Notes: generated by a model not told the origin, from the sequence alone. Positions 43,699 to 53,620 are shown, counted from the stretch's first letter. The stretch: 64,000 bases of DNA from Rhodospirillaceae bacterium (GCA_002746255.1 NVWO01000001.1:230102-294101), one strand, 5' to 3'. Translations and numbers: made by a program.

Positions 43699-44121
43699 TC
43701 AAGCTTTTTCGCCAGGGATCCTGCTCGCAGCGCAGAACGCGATCGCAGCGTTGAGTTCCTGCGCGTGGAAAGCCCTGGCCTCGGGGCCGGCGGGATCGCC
43801 GGCGAACCGCCCAAGGCGCCGGGCAAAGTCGAAGAAGCCCGGCGCCGGCAAGCCGCCGCGCGACCGGCTTATGACGATGGCCGCAAGGTAGGGACGATCC
43901 GCCTCTGCGTCTTCCTCCATCAGTTGCTCCAGCGCCAGCGCCACCTGATGAATGGTATTCGGGGGCGTTAGCTGCAGCGCTTTCGCCGCCGCCTGATAGG
44001 TGATCGGGAGGCGCTGCCTGGCGACCGCTTGAAGATGCGCTCGAAGCCGGCGGGCGAGCGTTCCAGACGTGTTGTCCTCAACGGTCGACGTCGCGGCGTG
44101 ACCCCAAGCTCTGGCAGTCAT
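43699..44121 (-). CDS. hypothetical protein (140 aa)
   Basis: ORF whose start overlaps the stop of the upstream 107-aa ORF by 4 nt. I do not recognise a family. Confidence 0.4.
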   Translation of the reverse strand: MTARAWGHAATSTVEDNTSGTLARRLRAHLQAVARQRLPITYQAAAKALQLTPPNTIHQVALALEQLMEEDAEADRPYLAAIVISRSRGGLPAPGFFDFARRLGRFAGDPAGPEARAFHAQELNAAIAFCAASRIPGEKA

Positions 44122-44441
44122 GACGCGGGCCCGACGAAATCGGGCAGACTTGGATGATCGGTGTTCGCCAGCGGTGCTTTGGCGGTGGGGGCAATGCGCT
44201 CGACCAATGTACCGTCGGCCTCGACCACCACGGTCCAGGCTCGCGTGTGATACCCGAAAGTGAGACGCGTCCGGCCGGCGTCCTCGTTGACGCCTGTCTT
44301 GGCGACGCTGTACACGATGCCCTTGCGCATCTCCGCATTGAACGCCTCGGCCGAGATGTTGAGCCTGGGCGCAAGCACCTCGACATTGATCGAGATCTCC
44401 CCATCGACGATCGTGATGACTGACGGTGGCAAAGACCTCAT
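44118..44441 (-). CDS. hypothetical protein (107 aa)
   Basis: ORF abutting the MarR-like gene stop, in an operon-like arrangement. I do not recognise a family. Confidence 0.4.
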   Translation of the reverse strand: MRSLPPSVITIVDGEISINVEVLAPRLNISAEAFNAEMRKGIVYSVAKTGVNEDAGRTRLTFGYHTRAWTVVVEADGTLVERIAPTAKAPLANTDHPSLPDFVGPAS

Positions 44442-45085
44442 TATATTGCCGCTCCGCTGCTCGGGCGCTTGATGGCCGAGGCCTTCCTCAGTCCGAAGTT
44501 GATGCAGAGCTCGCCGAGTTCCCCCAGTTCCAGCGGTTTGCCCACGAAACCGCAGGCATAAGGGGCCTGCCTCTCCAGACAGCAGCCTTCACCTCGCAGA
44601 TGCTCACAGGACATGCATGTGCCGAAAGGACGTTTTCCGCTCTCTAGTGCCACTTGGCCGAGCATGCGTTGAAGAACGTTGGAAAAATGGCCGCGGACAC
44701 CGGGGGACAGGGCGTCCGCGGCTCCGACCAGGGCTTCCAGGGGGTCGTTGGCAAGAACGGCCCTGGTCTTATCGGTGAGGTCTAGTCGGATGCTGCGTCC
44801 ATCGGCTTTGGATCGGGTCTGTGTCAGATAGTCCTGTGCAACCAGGTTCTTGATCGTCTGCGAGGCCGTGCCCCGGGTCGTGCAATGGTACGCTGCGAAG
44901 GCCGACGGCGTTCGCGAGAAGCGGTTGGCCCGCGCGAACCACCTAAGCACGGCCCACTGCGTCGGCGTTAGTCCCTCCACAAGTCCTTCGCCGGCCGCGA
45001 TACGCCCGAGACGTACGAGCAGTTCGGCGATGACGCGACTGCCTATTTTCGGCTCCATCATCACGCAATAATAGTAGCGTTTCAA
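44441..45085 (-). CDS. MarR-family transcriptional regulator with Cys-rich C-terminal extension
   Basis: The wHTH core reads LTPTQWAVLRWFARANRFSRTPSAFAAYHCTTRGTASQTIKNLVAQDYL. The C-terminus contains CMSCEHLRGEGCC...YACG. Confidence 0.7.
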   Translation of the reverse strand: MKRYYYCVMMEPKIGSRVIAELLVRLGRIAAGEGLVEGLTPTQWAVLRWFARANRFSRTPSAFAAYHCTTRGTASQTIKNLVAQDYLTQTRSKADGRSIRLDLTDKTRAVLANDPLEALVGAADALSPGVRGHFSNVLQRMLGQVALESGKRPFGTCMSCEHLRGEGCCLERQAPYACGFVGKPLELGELGELCINFGLRKASAIKRPSSGAAI

Positions 45086-45311
45086 AACTATCTTGACAAG
45101 CAGATAGAGTGTCTCTGCGGGGTGCCGAACGTCGCTGCCTAGCCAGCGGACACCCAGCCACGAGGGTTGGAGGCCCTAAATCTCACAAAACCGGGCGGTA
45201 CGGAGGAAAACACCTTTTGAAGGCGCCGCGGCCTATCCAGAATTCACGCGTGTTGCCGGTTCTTGGCCGTTTCAGGTCGAAGACCATTGAATCCCAATTC
45301 CAGGTTCCCAC

Positions 45312-45674
45312 TTGATAATGCGTAAACACTTCATCCAACTGCCGACAAGAGGGTACGCGGTGTCTGAGTTCCAAACCGTCACGAATACGACGGACCTAGC
45401 ACTTGGAGACATGAAACTGGTCGATCTGGACGGTGAAGAAATCGTCATCGCCAACGTTGACGGCGAGTACTTCGCCTTCAACAACACCTGTCCGCACGCC
45501 GGCGGCGGGTTGGTGGATGGTGAGTTCGAAGGCGATATCGTCACCTGCCCCTGGCACTTCACGCGGTTCAACGTCCGAACCGGCGAGGCCCAGGAAGGCT
45601 GTATCACCGACGATCCCGTCTCTATTTACGAGGTCCGCCTGGAGGGCAACGACATTCAGATCAGGGAAGTCTAA
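45312..45674 (+). CDS. Rieske [2Fe-2S] ferredoxin-like protein
   Basis: Rieske motifs CPHAGG and CPWH are present in a protein of about 120 aa. Confidence 0.8.
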   Translation: MIMRKHFIQLPTRGYAVSEFQTVTNTTDLALGDMKLVDLDGEEIVIANVDGEYFAFNNTCPHAGGGLVDGEFEGDIVTCPWHFTRFNVRTGEAQEGCITDDPVSIYEVRLEGNDIQIREV

Positions 45675-45797
45675 ATGGCAAGGCAATAGACCTACTGCGA
45701 AACTCGATGTTAGCGAAAATTTCTCCCATAACAGCAATCTGCTGAGATTGTCCTTTGACCGAGATCGGAATCATCGAGAACGCATTGGCTGGATACG

Positions 45798-46046
45798 ATG
45801 GCGCATGACGATTATGCGAAGTTCAAGAACGACCGGGGAATCCCGGAGATTCGAATCGGCGTCAAAGAGTTTAAGTGCGCCGGTGCTTCGGCACCTCTGG
45901 ACCACCCGCATATCTATCTTGATATGGGGGTGGCGGACACGATCCTCTGCCCCTATTGCGCGACCTTGTTCCGCTACGATCCCCGGCTCGGTCAACTTGA
46001 GGCCGATCCGCCAGACAGTCTCTTTATTGACGACCTAAGAAAATGA
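45798..46046 (+). CDS. zinc-finger (zf-CHCC / NDUFS6-like) small protein
   Basis: FKCAGASAPLDHPHIYLDMG...ILCPYCATLF matches the CHCC zinc-finger pattern. Confidence 0.65.
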   Translation: MAHDDYAKFKNDRGIPEIRIGVKEFKCAGASAPLDHPHIYLDMGVADTILCPYCATLFRYDPRLGQLEADPPDSLFIDDLRK

Positions 46047-46092
46047 GGGGAAAACCGGCATTCCGATGGCTTGTTGATGTGATAATACCCCG

Positions 46093-46977
46093 TTGCCGGC
46101 AAGTGGAGGGCGAGTCATGTTTCATGTCATAAAAACATTTCTAGCGGGGGTGGTATTGCTCGCAGGTGCTGCCGCGGCATATGCTCAAAGTGCGCCTAAT
46201 CGGACAATCACCCAGATTACCGGCGACCTTTACCGGTTTCAGAACGACTTCCACTATTCGGTGTTTCTGGTAACGCCAGACGGCGTCATCGCCACCGATC
46301 CGATTAATGCCGAGGCTGCCCAATGGCTTAAATCTGAAATCGCCAGCCGTTTCGGAAAACCGATTCGGTATGTGATCTACAGCCACGACCATGTAGACCA
46401 CAGTTCGGGCGGTGAAGTTTTCGCAAAAGACGGCGCTATCGTTATCGCTCACGAAAAAGCGAAACGCACAATCATCGGCGAAAAACGACCGACCGCCGTG
46501 CCGCAGATCACCTTCAAAAGAAGGATGACGATTGAACTTGGCGGTAAAACAGTCGAACTGCACTATCTCGGCAAGAACCATTCCGACAACATGATCGTTA
46601 TGCGGTTTCCTGCCGAGCGGACACTCTTCGCCGTCGATTTTATTCCGGTGAAAACCGTTGCGTACAAGGATTTCTCGGATGCCTATCTACCAGAGTGGAT
46701 TCAATCTCTCGCGCGTGTAGAGCGCATGGATTTCGACATCCTTGCGCCGGGCCATGGGCAACTTGGCACGAAAGCCGACGTTACGGCCTTCCGGGAATAT
46801 ATGGGAGATCTCTACAATCAGGTGCTTGCGCAGGCCCGTATGGGAAAGAGCCTCGAAGAAACCAAGGCCGCAGTAGATCTTTCCAAATACAAGTCCTGGG
46901 ATCAGTTTTCAACATGGTCTCCGCTTAACATCGAAGGCGCCTACACGCGCATTCAACTCAATCGCCGTGGAAACTAG
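46093..46977 (+). CDS. secreted MBL-fold metallo-hydrolase
   Basis: Signal peptide (LLAGAAAAYAQ) and the HxHxDH motif (YSHDHVDHSSG). The start may be MFHVIKTF. Confidence 0.75.
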   Translation: MPASGGRVMFHVIKTFLAGVVLLAGAAAAYAQSAPNRTITQITGDLYRFQNDFHYSVFLVTPDGVIATDPINAEAAQWLKSEIASRFGKPIRYVIYSHDHVDHSSGGEVFAKDGAIVIAHEKAKRTIIGEKRPTAVPQITFKRRMTIELGGKTVELHYLGKNHSDNMIVMRFPAERTLFAVDFIPVKTVAYKDFSDAYLPEWIQSLARVERMDFDILAPGHGQLGTKADVTAFREYMGDLYNQVLAQARMGKSLEETKAAVDLSKYKSWDQFSTWSPLNIEGAYTRIQLNRRGN

Positions 46978-46979
46978 CT

Positions 46980-47465
46980 ATGAAGGCGTTTGACCTTCGT
47001 CCGCCAGATGCCGAGGAGATGCAAAGGCTCACCGCCGACCTTGATGGGGAGGCGAGGCGTGTTCTGCTTGACCGTGGGACGGAACGGCCCTTCTACGGCC
47101 GTCTGCTCGAAAACAAGCAAGACGGCGCCTATGTTTGCCGGCTCTGTGGCCTGCCGCTGTTTAAGGCGAAGGCGAAATTCGAATCCGCCACCGGCTGGCC
47201 GAGCTTCTTCGAGGCCTACGATGATCGCCATATCACCGAACGCCGCGACCAAGCATTCGGGATGGAACGGATCGAGATCCTCTGCGCCCGATGTGATGGC
47301 CATTTGGGCCACGTCTTCCCTGACGGCCCGTCGCCGACTGGCACCCGCTACTGCCTGAACTCGGTTGCCATGGCCTTTGTGCCGAAGGGAAAGGCCCTTC
47401 CCGACAAACTCGGGCGCGGCGATCCGAAGGTTGCCGGAAGGCGGCTCGGGGGAGGCGACGAATGA
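46980..47465 (+). CDS. msrB: peptide-methionine (R)-S-oxide reductase
   Basis: SelR/MsrB motifs are present (CRLCGLPLF, GWPSF, CARCDGHLGHVF). Confidence 0.9.
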   Translation: MKAFDLRPPDAEEMQRLTADLDGEARRVLLDRGTERPFYGRLLENKQDGAYVCRLCGLPLFKAKAKFESATGWPSFFEAYDDRHITERRDQAFGMERIEILCARCDGHLGHVFPDGPSPTGTRYCLNSVAMAFVPKGKALPDKLGRGDPKVAGRRLGGGDE

Positions 47466-48334
47466 ACCAGGGCTTGAACGGAACGGGGTGGGAGGTAAGG
47501 CCGATCGGACTTGGCGCGATGCCGCTTTCCATCGCCGGGCGGCCCGCTGAGTCCCAAGCCTTCGAAGTTGTTGCGGCATTCGTCGAATCTGGCGGCAATT
47601 TCATCGACACTTCCAATGTCTACTGCCTGGACGATTCGGATATTGGCCACAACGAGCACCTTCTCGACAAGGCGCTGACGCGGATCGGCGCGCGCGAGGC
47701 CGTGCTGGTCGCCACCAAAGGTGGCCTGCGGCGGCCGAAAGGGGCATGGGTAACGGATGGAAGCCAAAAATGGCTACGTGCCTCGTGCGAGAAGAGCCTT
47801 AACGATCTGCAGTGCGAGGCAATCCCCCTCTATTACCTCCACGCGGTGGACTCGAACGTGCCCTTTGATGATTCGCTTGGGGAATTGATTCAGCTTAAGG
47901 AAGAAGGAAAGATCCTCAACATCGGGTTGTCGAACATCGATCGGGCAGAACTCGAATTCGCGCTTGGCCGAACGGCCGTCGCGGCGGTTCAAAATCGCTG
48001 CAATCCATTCTTCAAAAAGGACTTTAACAACGGCCTCGTCCGTCTCTGCCAGGAAAAGGGCATCGCCTATGTGCCTTACAGTCCCGTGGGAGGCCATGGA
48101 GGCCACGTGCGGTTGCCAAAGCATCCGCTCTTCCGGCGTCTTTCCGAAAAATACGAAGCCTCGCCCTATGGCATCGCCCTGGCGTGGCTTCTGCAGAAAG
48201 GGCATCACATCTTCCCAATTCCGGGGGCGAGCAGGGTATCAAGTGTGCGCGATTCGGCGCAGGCTCTACACGTACGGATCGAGCCCAACGACGTTGCCGA
48301 AATCGACCGCCTGCCGGACCAGGCATTGTTTTAA
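47462..48334 (+). CDS. aldo/keto reductase
   Basis: 290-aa ORF with AKR-like sequence (IGLGAMPLS, FIDTSNVY, GLSNI). It overlaps the msrB stop by 4 nt. Confidence 0.8.
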   Translation: MNQGLNGTGWEVRPIGLGAMPLSIAGRPAESQAFEVVAAFVESGGNFIDTSNVYCLDDSDIGHNEHLLDKALTRIGAREAVLVATKGGLRRPKGAWVTDGSQKWLRASCEKSLNDLQCEAIPLYYLHAVDSNVPFDDSLGELIQLKEEGKILNIGLSNIDRAELEFALGRTAVAAVQNRCNPFFKKDFNNGLVRLCQEKGIAYVPYSPVGGHGGHVRLPKHPLFRRLSEKYEASPYGIALAWLLQKGHHIFPIPGASRVSSVRDSAQALHVRIEPNDVAEIDRLPDQALF

Positions 48335-48489
48335 CGAGAGGATTCTAATGAGTGATAAACTTTAAAGATTGCCCATCTTTCTGGTTTTTCTTCGGCGAGC
48401 ATTGAGGAAACAATTCAGAGCGCAATCGGAAAATCGACAATGAAAAATTTGAAGCCCGCCGTGTTACCTATGTAAACAATGGAGAAAGC

Positions 48490-48831
48490 ATGATGGATTT
48501 AACGGCGAAAACCTGCACCCCTTGCCAGGGGGGAATTCCGCCCCTAAAGCCGGAAGAGGCAGAAAAGCATCTTGCCCAGACCCCAGGCTGGGCGCTATGT
48601 GACGAAGGCGCGCGAATTGAAAAGCGCTTCACCTTCAAAAACTTCAAGGAAGCATTCGATTTTGTGGAGGCGGTTGGAACCCTTTCGGAGGCAGAAGGCC
48701 ACCACCCGGACATTTCATTCGGCTGGGGCTTTGCAGCCATCTCTTGGCAGACAAAGAAAATCAAGGGGTTGCACAAAAACGACTTTATCATGGCGGCCAA
48801 AGTGAATGAGATTGCCGTGAAAAAGGCCTAA
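48490..48831 (+). CDS. phhB: 4a-hydroxytetrahydrobiopterin dehydratase
   Basis: PCD family sequence (CTPCQGG..., EGHHPDISFGWG). Confidence 0.8.
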   Translation: MMDLTAKTCTPCQGGIPPLKPEEAEKHLAQTPGWALCDEGARIEKRFTFKNFKEAFDFVEAVGTLSEAEGHHPDISFGWGFAAISWQTKKIKGLHKNDFIMAAKVNEIAVKKA

Positions 48832-48992
48832 CGCATGCTGCAATGGCACCCGAACTTTTGGTCGCAACTTAAACCACGCCAATCTCTACTTTAGAGAGTG
48901 GGTTGCTTAATGAGGGTAGGCCACAGCCGCATGTCTGGCGCGCACTTGGAAACGAAAGTCAATCAAGCAAAAAAAGTTGAAGCTTGCGCGAC

Positions 48993-49202
48993 TTAATTTT
49001 CCAGCGTGAATCCTACCTCCAGTGTTACCTGGAAGTGGTCAACCTTGCCGTCCTCTATATGGCCGCGAGTCTCGATGACATCAAACCATCGTAGGTTTTT
49101 TAGTGTCTTCGAAGCCTTTTTGATCGCGTTCTGAATGGCCTCTTCGATGCTTGACGAAGAGGAACCGACGAGACGGACCACCTTGTACACATTGTTACTC
49201 AT
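48993..49202 (-). CDS. dodecin-family flavin-binding protein
   Basis: 69-aa ORF with [23 protein letters not shown] and a C-terminal FQVTLEVGF, which is typical of dodecins. Confidence 0.7.
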   Translation of the reverse strand: MSNNVYKVVRLVGSSSSSIEEAIQNAIKKASKTLKNLRWFDVIETRGHIEDGKVDHFQVTLEVGFTLEN

Positions 49203-49229
49203 TCGAATCCTCCTTGTGTTAATTTGCTA

Positions 49230-49862
49230 TCATCTTAACGCGAGTGAGCGAATGGCATCCTCTAGGATTGTCGGCCATTCACCGGGTAATATTCCCTTGA
49301 ACGGAAAGGGGCCGACCGAAGCACTGGAAATGACCACGCTTGGCTTCAGGCTACCCAACAACTCCAGGCTTTCCTTTAATCTACGCTTGTGCTCGTTCGA
49401 CACGAAGGTTCCCCAAGAGTCGTTCCTTAGAAAGATAGTATCGCCCGTAAAGAGATACGTGTCTCCATGCGGTGATTCGTACATGAAGCATGCGCTTCCT
49501 TCCGTATGACCAGGCGTCGGTATGACCTCGATATCACCAAGCTGAAATTCCCGCTTCTCGAACGTCAGGTCTACGGGACACGTGGCACGGATTGCTCCTT
49601 CCTCAAGCTTGTGACAATAGAGCTTCGATCCAAACGTCTCTTTGATACGAACCAAGGCGTCTCCAGCTTCGTCACGATGACTTAAATACTGGCGGTCAAT
49701 CCCTCCGAGCCGGAGAATATGTTGGTGTTCATCCAAATGCCCGGAGCTATAAAAGAGAACATTGCCCGCGTCTCTCGTGAGGAGATACGCGTGTGTAGAC
49801 ATCTCTGGCCCGAACGGATGCTCCGGGAGTGTCTGCCATAAATCAGGGTATATCTGCTTCAT
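49230..49862 (-). CDS. MBL-fold metallo-hydrolase
   Basis: 210-aa ORF. The beta-lactamase-fold His motifs are partly visible (TPGHTEGS). Confidence 0.6.
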   Translation of the reverse strand: MKQIYPDLWQTLPEHPFGPEMSTHAYLLTRDAGNVLFYSSGHLDEHQHILRLGGIDRQYLSHRDEAGDALVRIKETFGSKLYCHKLEEGAIRATCPVDLTFEKREFQLGDIEVIPTPGHTEGSACFMYESPHGDTYLFTGDTIFLRNDSWGTFVSNEHKRRLKESLELLGSLKPSVVISSASVGPFPFKGILPGEWPTILEDAIRSLALR

Positions 49863-50106
49863 GATTGATGGCGCGCCTCCAAGTTAGTCGGGCGGCTCTA
49901 TGCGACTGTGCCTAGCGAAATTATATCCGCTTTGGGGATTGTCACATTAACTAGCCATGGGTTGAACATGGCATTTTCTGTCTCTGATTAACCCTTTATG
50001 TTTATTACGTTCAGGCACTTCTCTAAGTAGACATAATAGACATCAAATTCATTCATGTGACAATGCCAAGGCGAGGATTAATGCCACGTGAGAATCGGGG
50101 CAGAGC

Positions 50107-50534
50107 ATGATATTTAAGGAACCGTCGACAGTCCGGACCGGGACCCGAGCCCAGATCCAGAAAGCCTACCGGATCAACGAGACGGCCGCGGTTGCGCAGC
50201 TGTTAGCAAAAACGGGTCTTTCCACCAAGGCCCGCGCACGCGTCGTGAAGCGGGCCAGCCGGTTCGTTGAGGCGGTGCGCAAGCGGACGAAGGAGGCGAG
50301 CGGCTTAGAATCGTTCCTCTAGGCTTACGGGCTTTCAAGTGCAGAAGGTGTTGCGCTGCTTTGCCTGGCAGAAGCCTTGCTTCGCATTCCGGATGTCGAG
50401 ACCGCCGACCGCCTCATCTATGACAAGATCGCGACCGTTGATTGGGCGGCGCATCTAGGAGGCAGCGACTCGCTTTTCGTGAACGCCTCAACCTGGGCGT
50501 TGATGCTGACCAGGCGCTTTGTGCGACTCGGCGA
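50107..50534 (+). pseudogene. putA: putA N-terminal fragment with an in-frame TAG, truncated by an IS6-like end
   Basis: The sequence ...EAVRKRTKEASGLESFL-TAG-AYGLSSAEGVALLCLAEALLRIPDVETADRLIYDKI...VNASTWALML is PutA-like. It stops abruptly at the ggcattgacacgttaa repeat at 50535. Confidence 0.7.
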
Positions 50535-50550
50535 GGCATTGACACGTTAA
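50535..50550 (+). mobile_element. solo IS6-family-like terminal inverted repeat
   Basis: Third directly oriented copy of ggcattgacacgttaa. The next 30 nt or so resemble the sequence following the 19923 copy. Confidence 0.6.
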
Positions 50551-50992
50551 GTCAGTGGCCGGAGTGGGCAGGGGCTGGTAGCGTCGGCGTGCTACTGCAG
50601 TGCACCGATGGGCACACTGGAAGGAAGGCCTTGAGATGATCGATAAGGATGTCGGGTGTTGAAAGAATAAGTTTCTATTGACGCCGTCATGGAACCGGTG
50701 AGTTCGCATCAAGGTCAATTTCGCTTGCATTCCTCAGGTTTGGCACCCTCTGTAGCATCACCTCAAGACCCAGTAAAATCCTATCGCTTTATGGATGGGC
50801 CGTCCACCGGTGAACGGCGTCGGTAGTGCGTCAGTTTGAAATTCGCACAAAAGAAAGCCCCTAACTCGCGTGTGCTCTTGTCGTATATTGGCAAGGATCT
50901 GTCCTTAATTGCCCACTAAATCTTTATCCCATCCGGATGCCCTTTCAAGAAGCTTAGCACAGGGATTTTCACTCTTCTCAATAAGGTGCCCC

Positions 50993-51301
50993 ATGACCGA
51001 TGAACTCCGCCTCATCGAAATCGAGTACTGTACCGGGTGCAAGTGGTTGCCGCGCGCCGCGTGGGTGGCACAAGAGCTGCTTGGCACATTTGAAGGGGAA
51101 CTCAGAGGCGTGACGCTGATCCCCAACACCGAGGGCGGGGTGTTCCGCGTCCGCATTGCCGGCGGCGAAGTGCTCTGGGATCGCAAGGTCGAGGGCCTCT
51201 TCCCCGAGATCAAGGAGCTGAAGCAACGTCTCCGTGACATCGTCGCCCTGGGTCGCGACCTAGGTCACATCGACAAGCCCCACGGCTGTATCCCTGAATA
51301 G
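50993..51301 (+). CDS. SelW/SelT/Rdx-family redox protein (Cys form)
   Basis: Starts MTDELRLIEIEYCTGCKWLPRAAW, with a CxxC where selenoprotein W-like proteins carry CxxU. I chose the internal ATG at 50993. Confidence 0.7.
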   Translation: MTDELRLIEIEYCTGCKWLPRAAWVAQELLGTFEGELRGVTLIPNTEGGVFRVRIAGGEVLWDRKVEGLFPEIKELKQRLRDIVALGRDLGHIDKPHGCIPE

Positions 51302-51394
51302 ATGAACAATTCCTTGGGCGTTGCCACCTAAACAGCAGGACCATGGGCTGCACTGTAGGACGGGAGCTTATCGGTCACGATGCGATCTGGGACA

Positions 51395-51515
51395 TAACCC
51401 TGGGCTTTCAGCAGGTTGTGCGTATCAGAAATTCGCAGCCGTCCACGCCTCGATCAACAATCATTTCAACCATGACCACCATCTAAACCGCCGAGACATT
51501 TTCAAAGAGAAGCGG
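51395..51515 (+). mobile_element. IS6-family-like transposase C-terminal coding remnant
   Basis: QKFAAVHASINNHFNHDHHLNRRDIFKEKR matches the remnants at 42484 and 58800. Confidence 0.5.
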
Positions 51516-51564
51516 TTCCTTGATCGGGCGAATAATTCCCTGTTCCGTGGATTAAATTCCCTGT

Positions 51565-51908
51565 TCCGTTGAGTAGGGAAATTAGCCAAAACACTAACAA
51601 ATTCAGTTCGTTATAGGGTTGACGAGGGCCTGATGTGGGGGCAATTCGCAGAAATTCCCTGTATTTTCCCTGTTAAACAGGGAAGTCACCCAGAGACAGG
51701 TTCGCAGCAGACTGCGTCCTCCGCCACCAAGTCTTGTTCTCTCAGCGATTTTCAGAGAATGCCCAGGCCGCCAGCGCAAATGGCGGCGTTCCGCGGGCCT
51801 TTGCGCCGAGCCGCATTGCAAGCCGGACCGGGAGAACGGAATCGTTCGGTGATATCTGCAGCGGGACGGAACTTTTCTCCATCGCGCAATTCGGCAGTCC
51901 GGTTTGGT
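51565..51908. repeat. hairpin-rich repeated element U2
   Basis: Second copy of the 42070-42429 element. It contains the perfect hairpin TTCCCTGTT-aa-ACAGGGAA and the conserved block gcgcaaatggcggcgttccgcgggcctttgcgcc. Confidence 0.6.
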
Positions 51909-52015
51909 TGGGTGGGGGGGATGTGATCGTTTATGACAATAACTGGCTGGGGCCAACGCTGATTAGATAGCAAGGTTTTTGAATGGATATGAAAACGCAC
52001 AGGAACGGGTCGCGT

Positions 52016-52576
52016 TCATCCCAGTTGTTGTATCAGGTTGGAACCGGGTGAAACGTTTGTGAGCCACCAAGATATAATTATGCATTGCCCCATGAATTTT
52101 TCGCGCGGCGTATTCATTTGAATTTTTTTGCACATTTCGGCGGACTTTGGCAGGAGGAGTTTCATTTCCTTGCTAGCGAGTCGCTTGATCATCGATATTT
52201 CTTTGATTTGGCTGGCAATCTCGGGGGTGCCAAAATCTAGAGAGATTCTCGCATGTGCGAACACGTTTCTAATATTCTTGACCGTGTTTATATCCGTGGC
52301 GCATTCCTTGTCGATCAATTTTAGGGCTCGGCATAATCTTATTTTTGCCGAGAATTTCGATAACGGGCTATCCCCTAGGAACAGCTCATTGTGTTCTTGT
52401 TTGGAGAGTTTTGCCATCTGATCTATGAGAACATCATAAAGCGCGTCTTCGACTAAGGTAGCGGCAACAATTGCAGCAGGCCGATCTTGCATGGCCTTAA
52501 GTTCTAGAAGCCAGGGGCTAAAATCCTCCTGTTTAATTCGTTTCCTGGCAAGCTGGTTTAATGATATCTGGTTCAT
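52016..52576 (-). CDS. hypothetical protein (MltR/mannitol-repressor-like helical fold suspected)
   Basis: 186-aa AT-rich ORF with the motif FSAKIRLCRALKLIDKECATDINTVKNIRNVFAHA. Confidence 0.45.
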   Translation of the reverse strand: MNQISLNQLARKRIKQEDFSPWLLELKAMQDRPAAIVAATLVEDALYDVLIDQMAKLSKQEHNELFLGDSPLSKFSAKIRLCRALKLIDKECATDINTVKNIRNVFAHARISLDFGTPEIASQIKEISMIKRLASKEMKLLLPKSAEMCKKIQMNTPREKFMGQCIIISWWLTNVSPGSNLIQQLG

Positions 52577-52623
52577 CGCAAGGTATTTCCAATAAATAGA
52601 AGAGCAATCAGCAGCGTGATAAA

Positions 52624-53620
52624 TTATTTATTATTTGCTGTTTGGTTCGCAACCGCAGCAATAGCTATATTTGGTGTTTCTGCTTCGATAGCATTCAACT
52701 TTTCAAAGCCACGTTTGGCCAAGTTGCCCCGTCTCCAATCATTGCCTTTTACGCCAACTAGGATGAAGAGCGCCAGTTGTGCAAACAATATTATCCACTC
52801 GACTTTTTCATTCTTCCCTGCGCTTAGGGTTTTCGTAGCTGGCCCTAAGATAGGAACGAGGGTGGACACGTTAAGGAACATCGCTGTCGTTCCGAGAATA
52901 TGCCCCCCTATACCCCCCTTGCCAATCGTCTCCCGGCGTTTGTTTTCACGCCTGATCTGATTGGTTTTTGCTTGGAATTCACGAGGGGACAAGACGCTAT
53001 CGAAGGTTCCGTTAGCGACTTCCTCTTTAACATCAGCGAAGTCTTTCTCATTGTCCAGGAAGTGGCTGTAAGGGTTAAACGTCTGATCCCTTCCAGCGCC
53101 CCTCCCGCCTTCTACAGATTCTCTTACCTGCTCTGCGAGTGCCCCCCCCGAAGACCGTGTGCTGCGTAAAATAAGCGGCTGCAACATCAATCGCCCCAAG
53201 CGTGTCATCCTCTTTATGAGGGTTAAGTGGAACAAGCGGTTCTTTTTCCTTTAGACCCGCTTGTTCATAAGCAATACCCGCCGCGATGCGCGCCCGTCGG
53301 GGATCCACTGCTCCTCGCTTAAAAGAGGAAAGCTTTTTAGGCTCCTCTATAGGCACTGCATGCGTGTGCGCACTTAGTCTGGGATAGCTAGGGGATTTGG
53401 AAGGCGTTGGCACAGAAACGGACACCTGCGGCTGGAATCCTTCTGCTACTGTTTCGACAAGACTCAGCGTGAAAATAATCCCCAGAATCGTGAAACCAAG
53501 TGCCCACATCTTTGCCGCGAAAGCCCAGATTATGGTGAAAAATAATGCTGGCCAGCAAAAGCCTTGCTTTACCGCCTGGTATCCTTGGATAGGATGCTTA
53601 TAAACATCAAAAGTTTTCAT
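52624..53620 (-). pseudogene. DUF2628-like membrane protein split into two frames at a homopolymer tract
   Basis: ORF 53075-53620 carries the DUF2628-like N-terminus (VYKHPIQGYQAVKQGFCWPALFF). ORF 52624-53235 carries a second TM part and the GNDWRRGNLAKRGF C-terminus. The frames meet at the C8 run 53142-53149. Confidence 0.5.
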
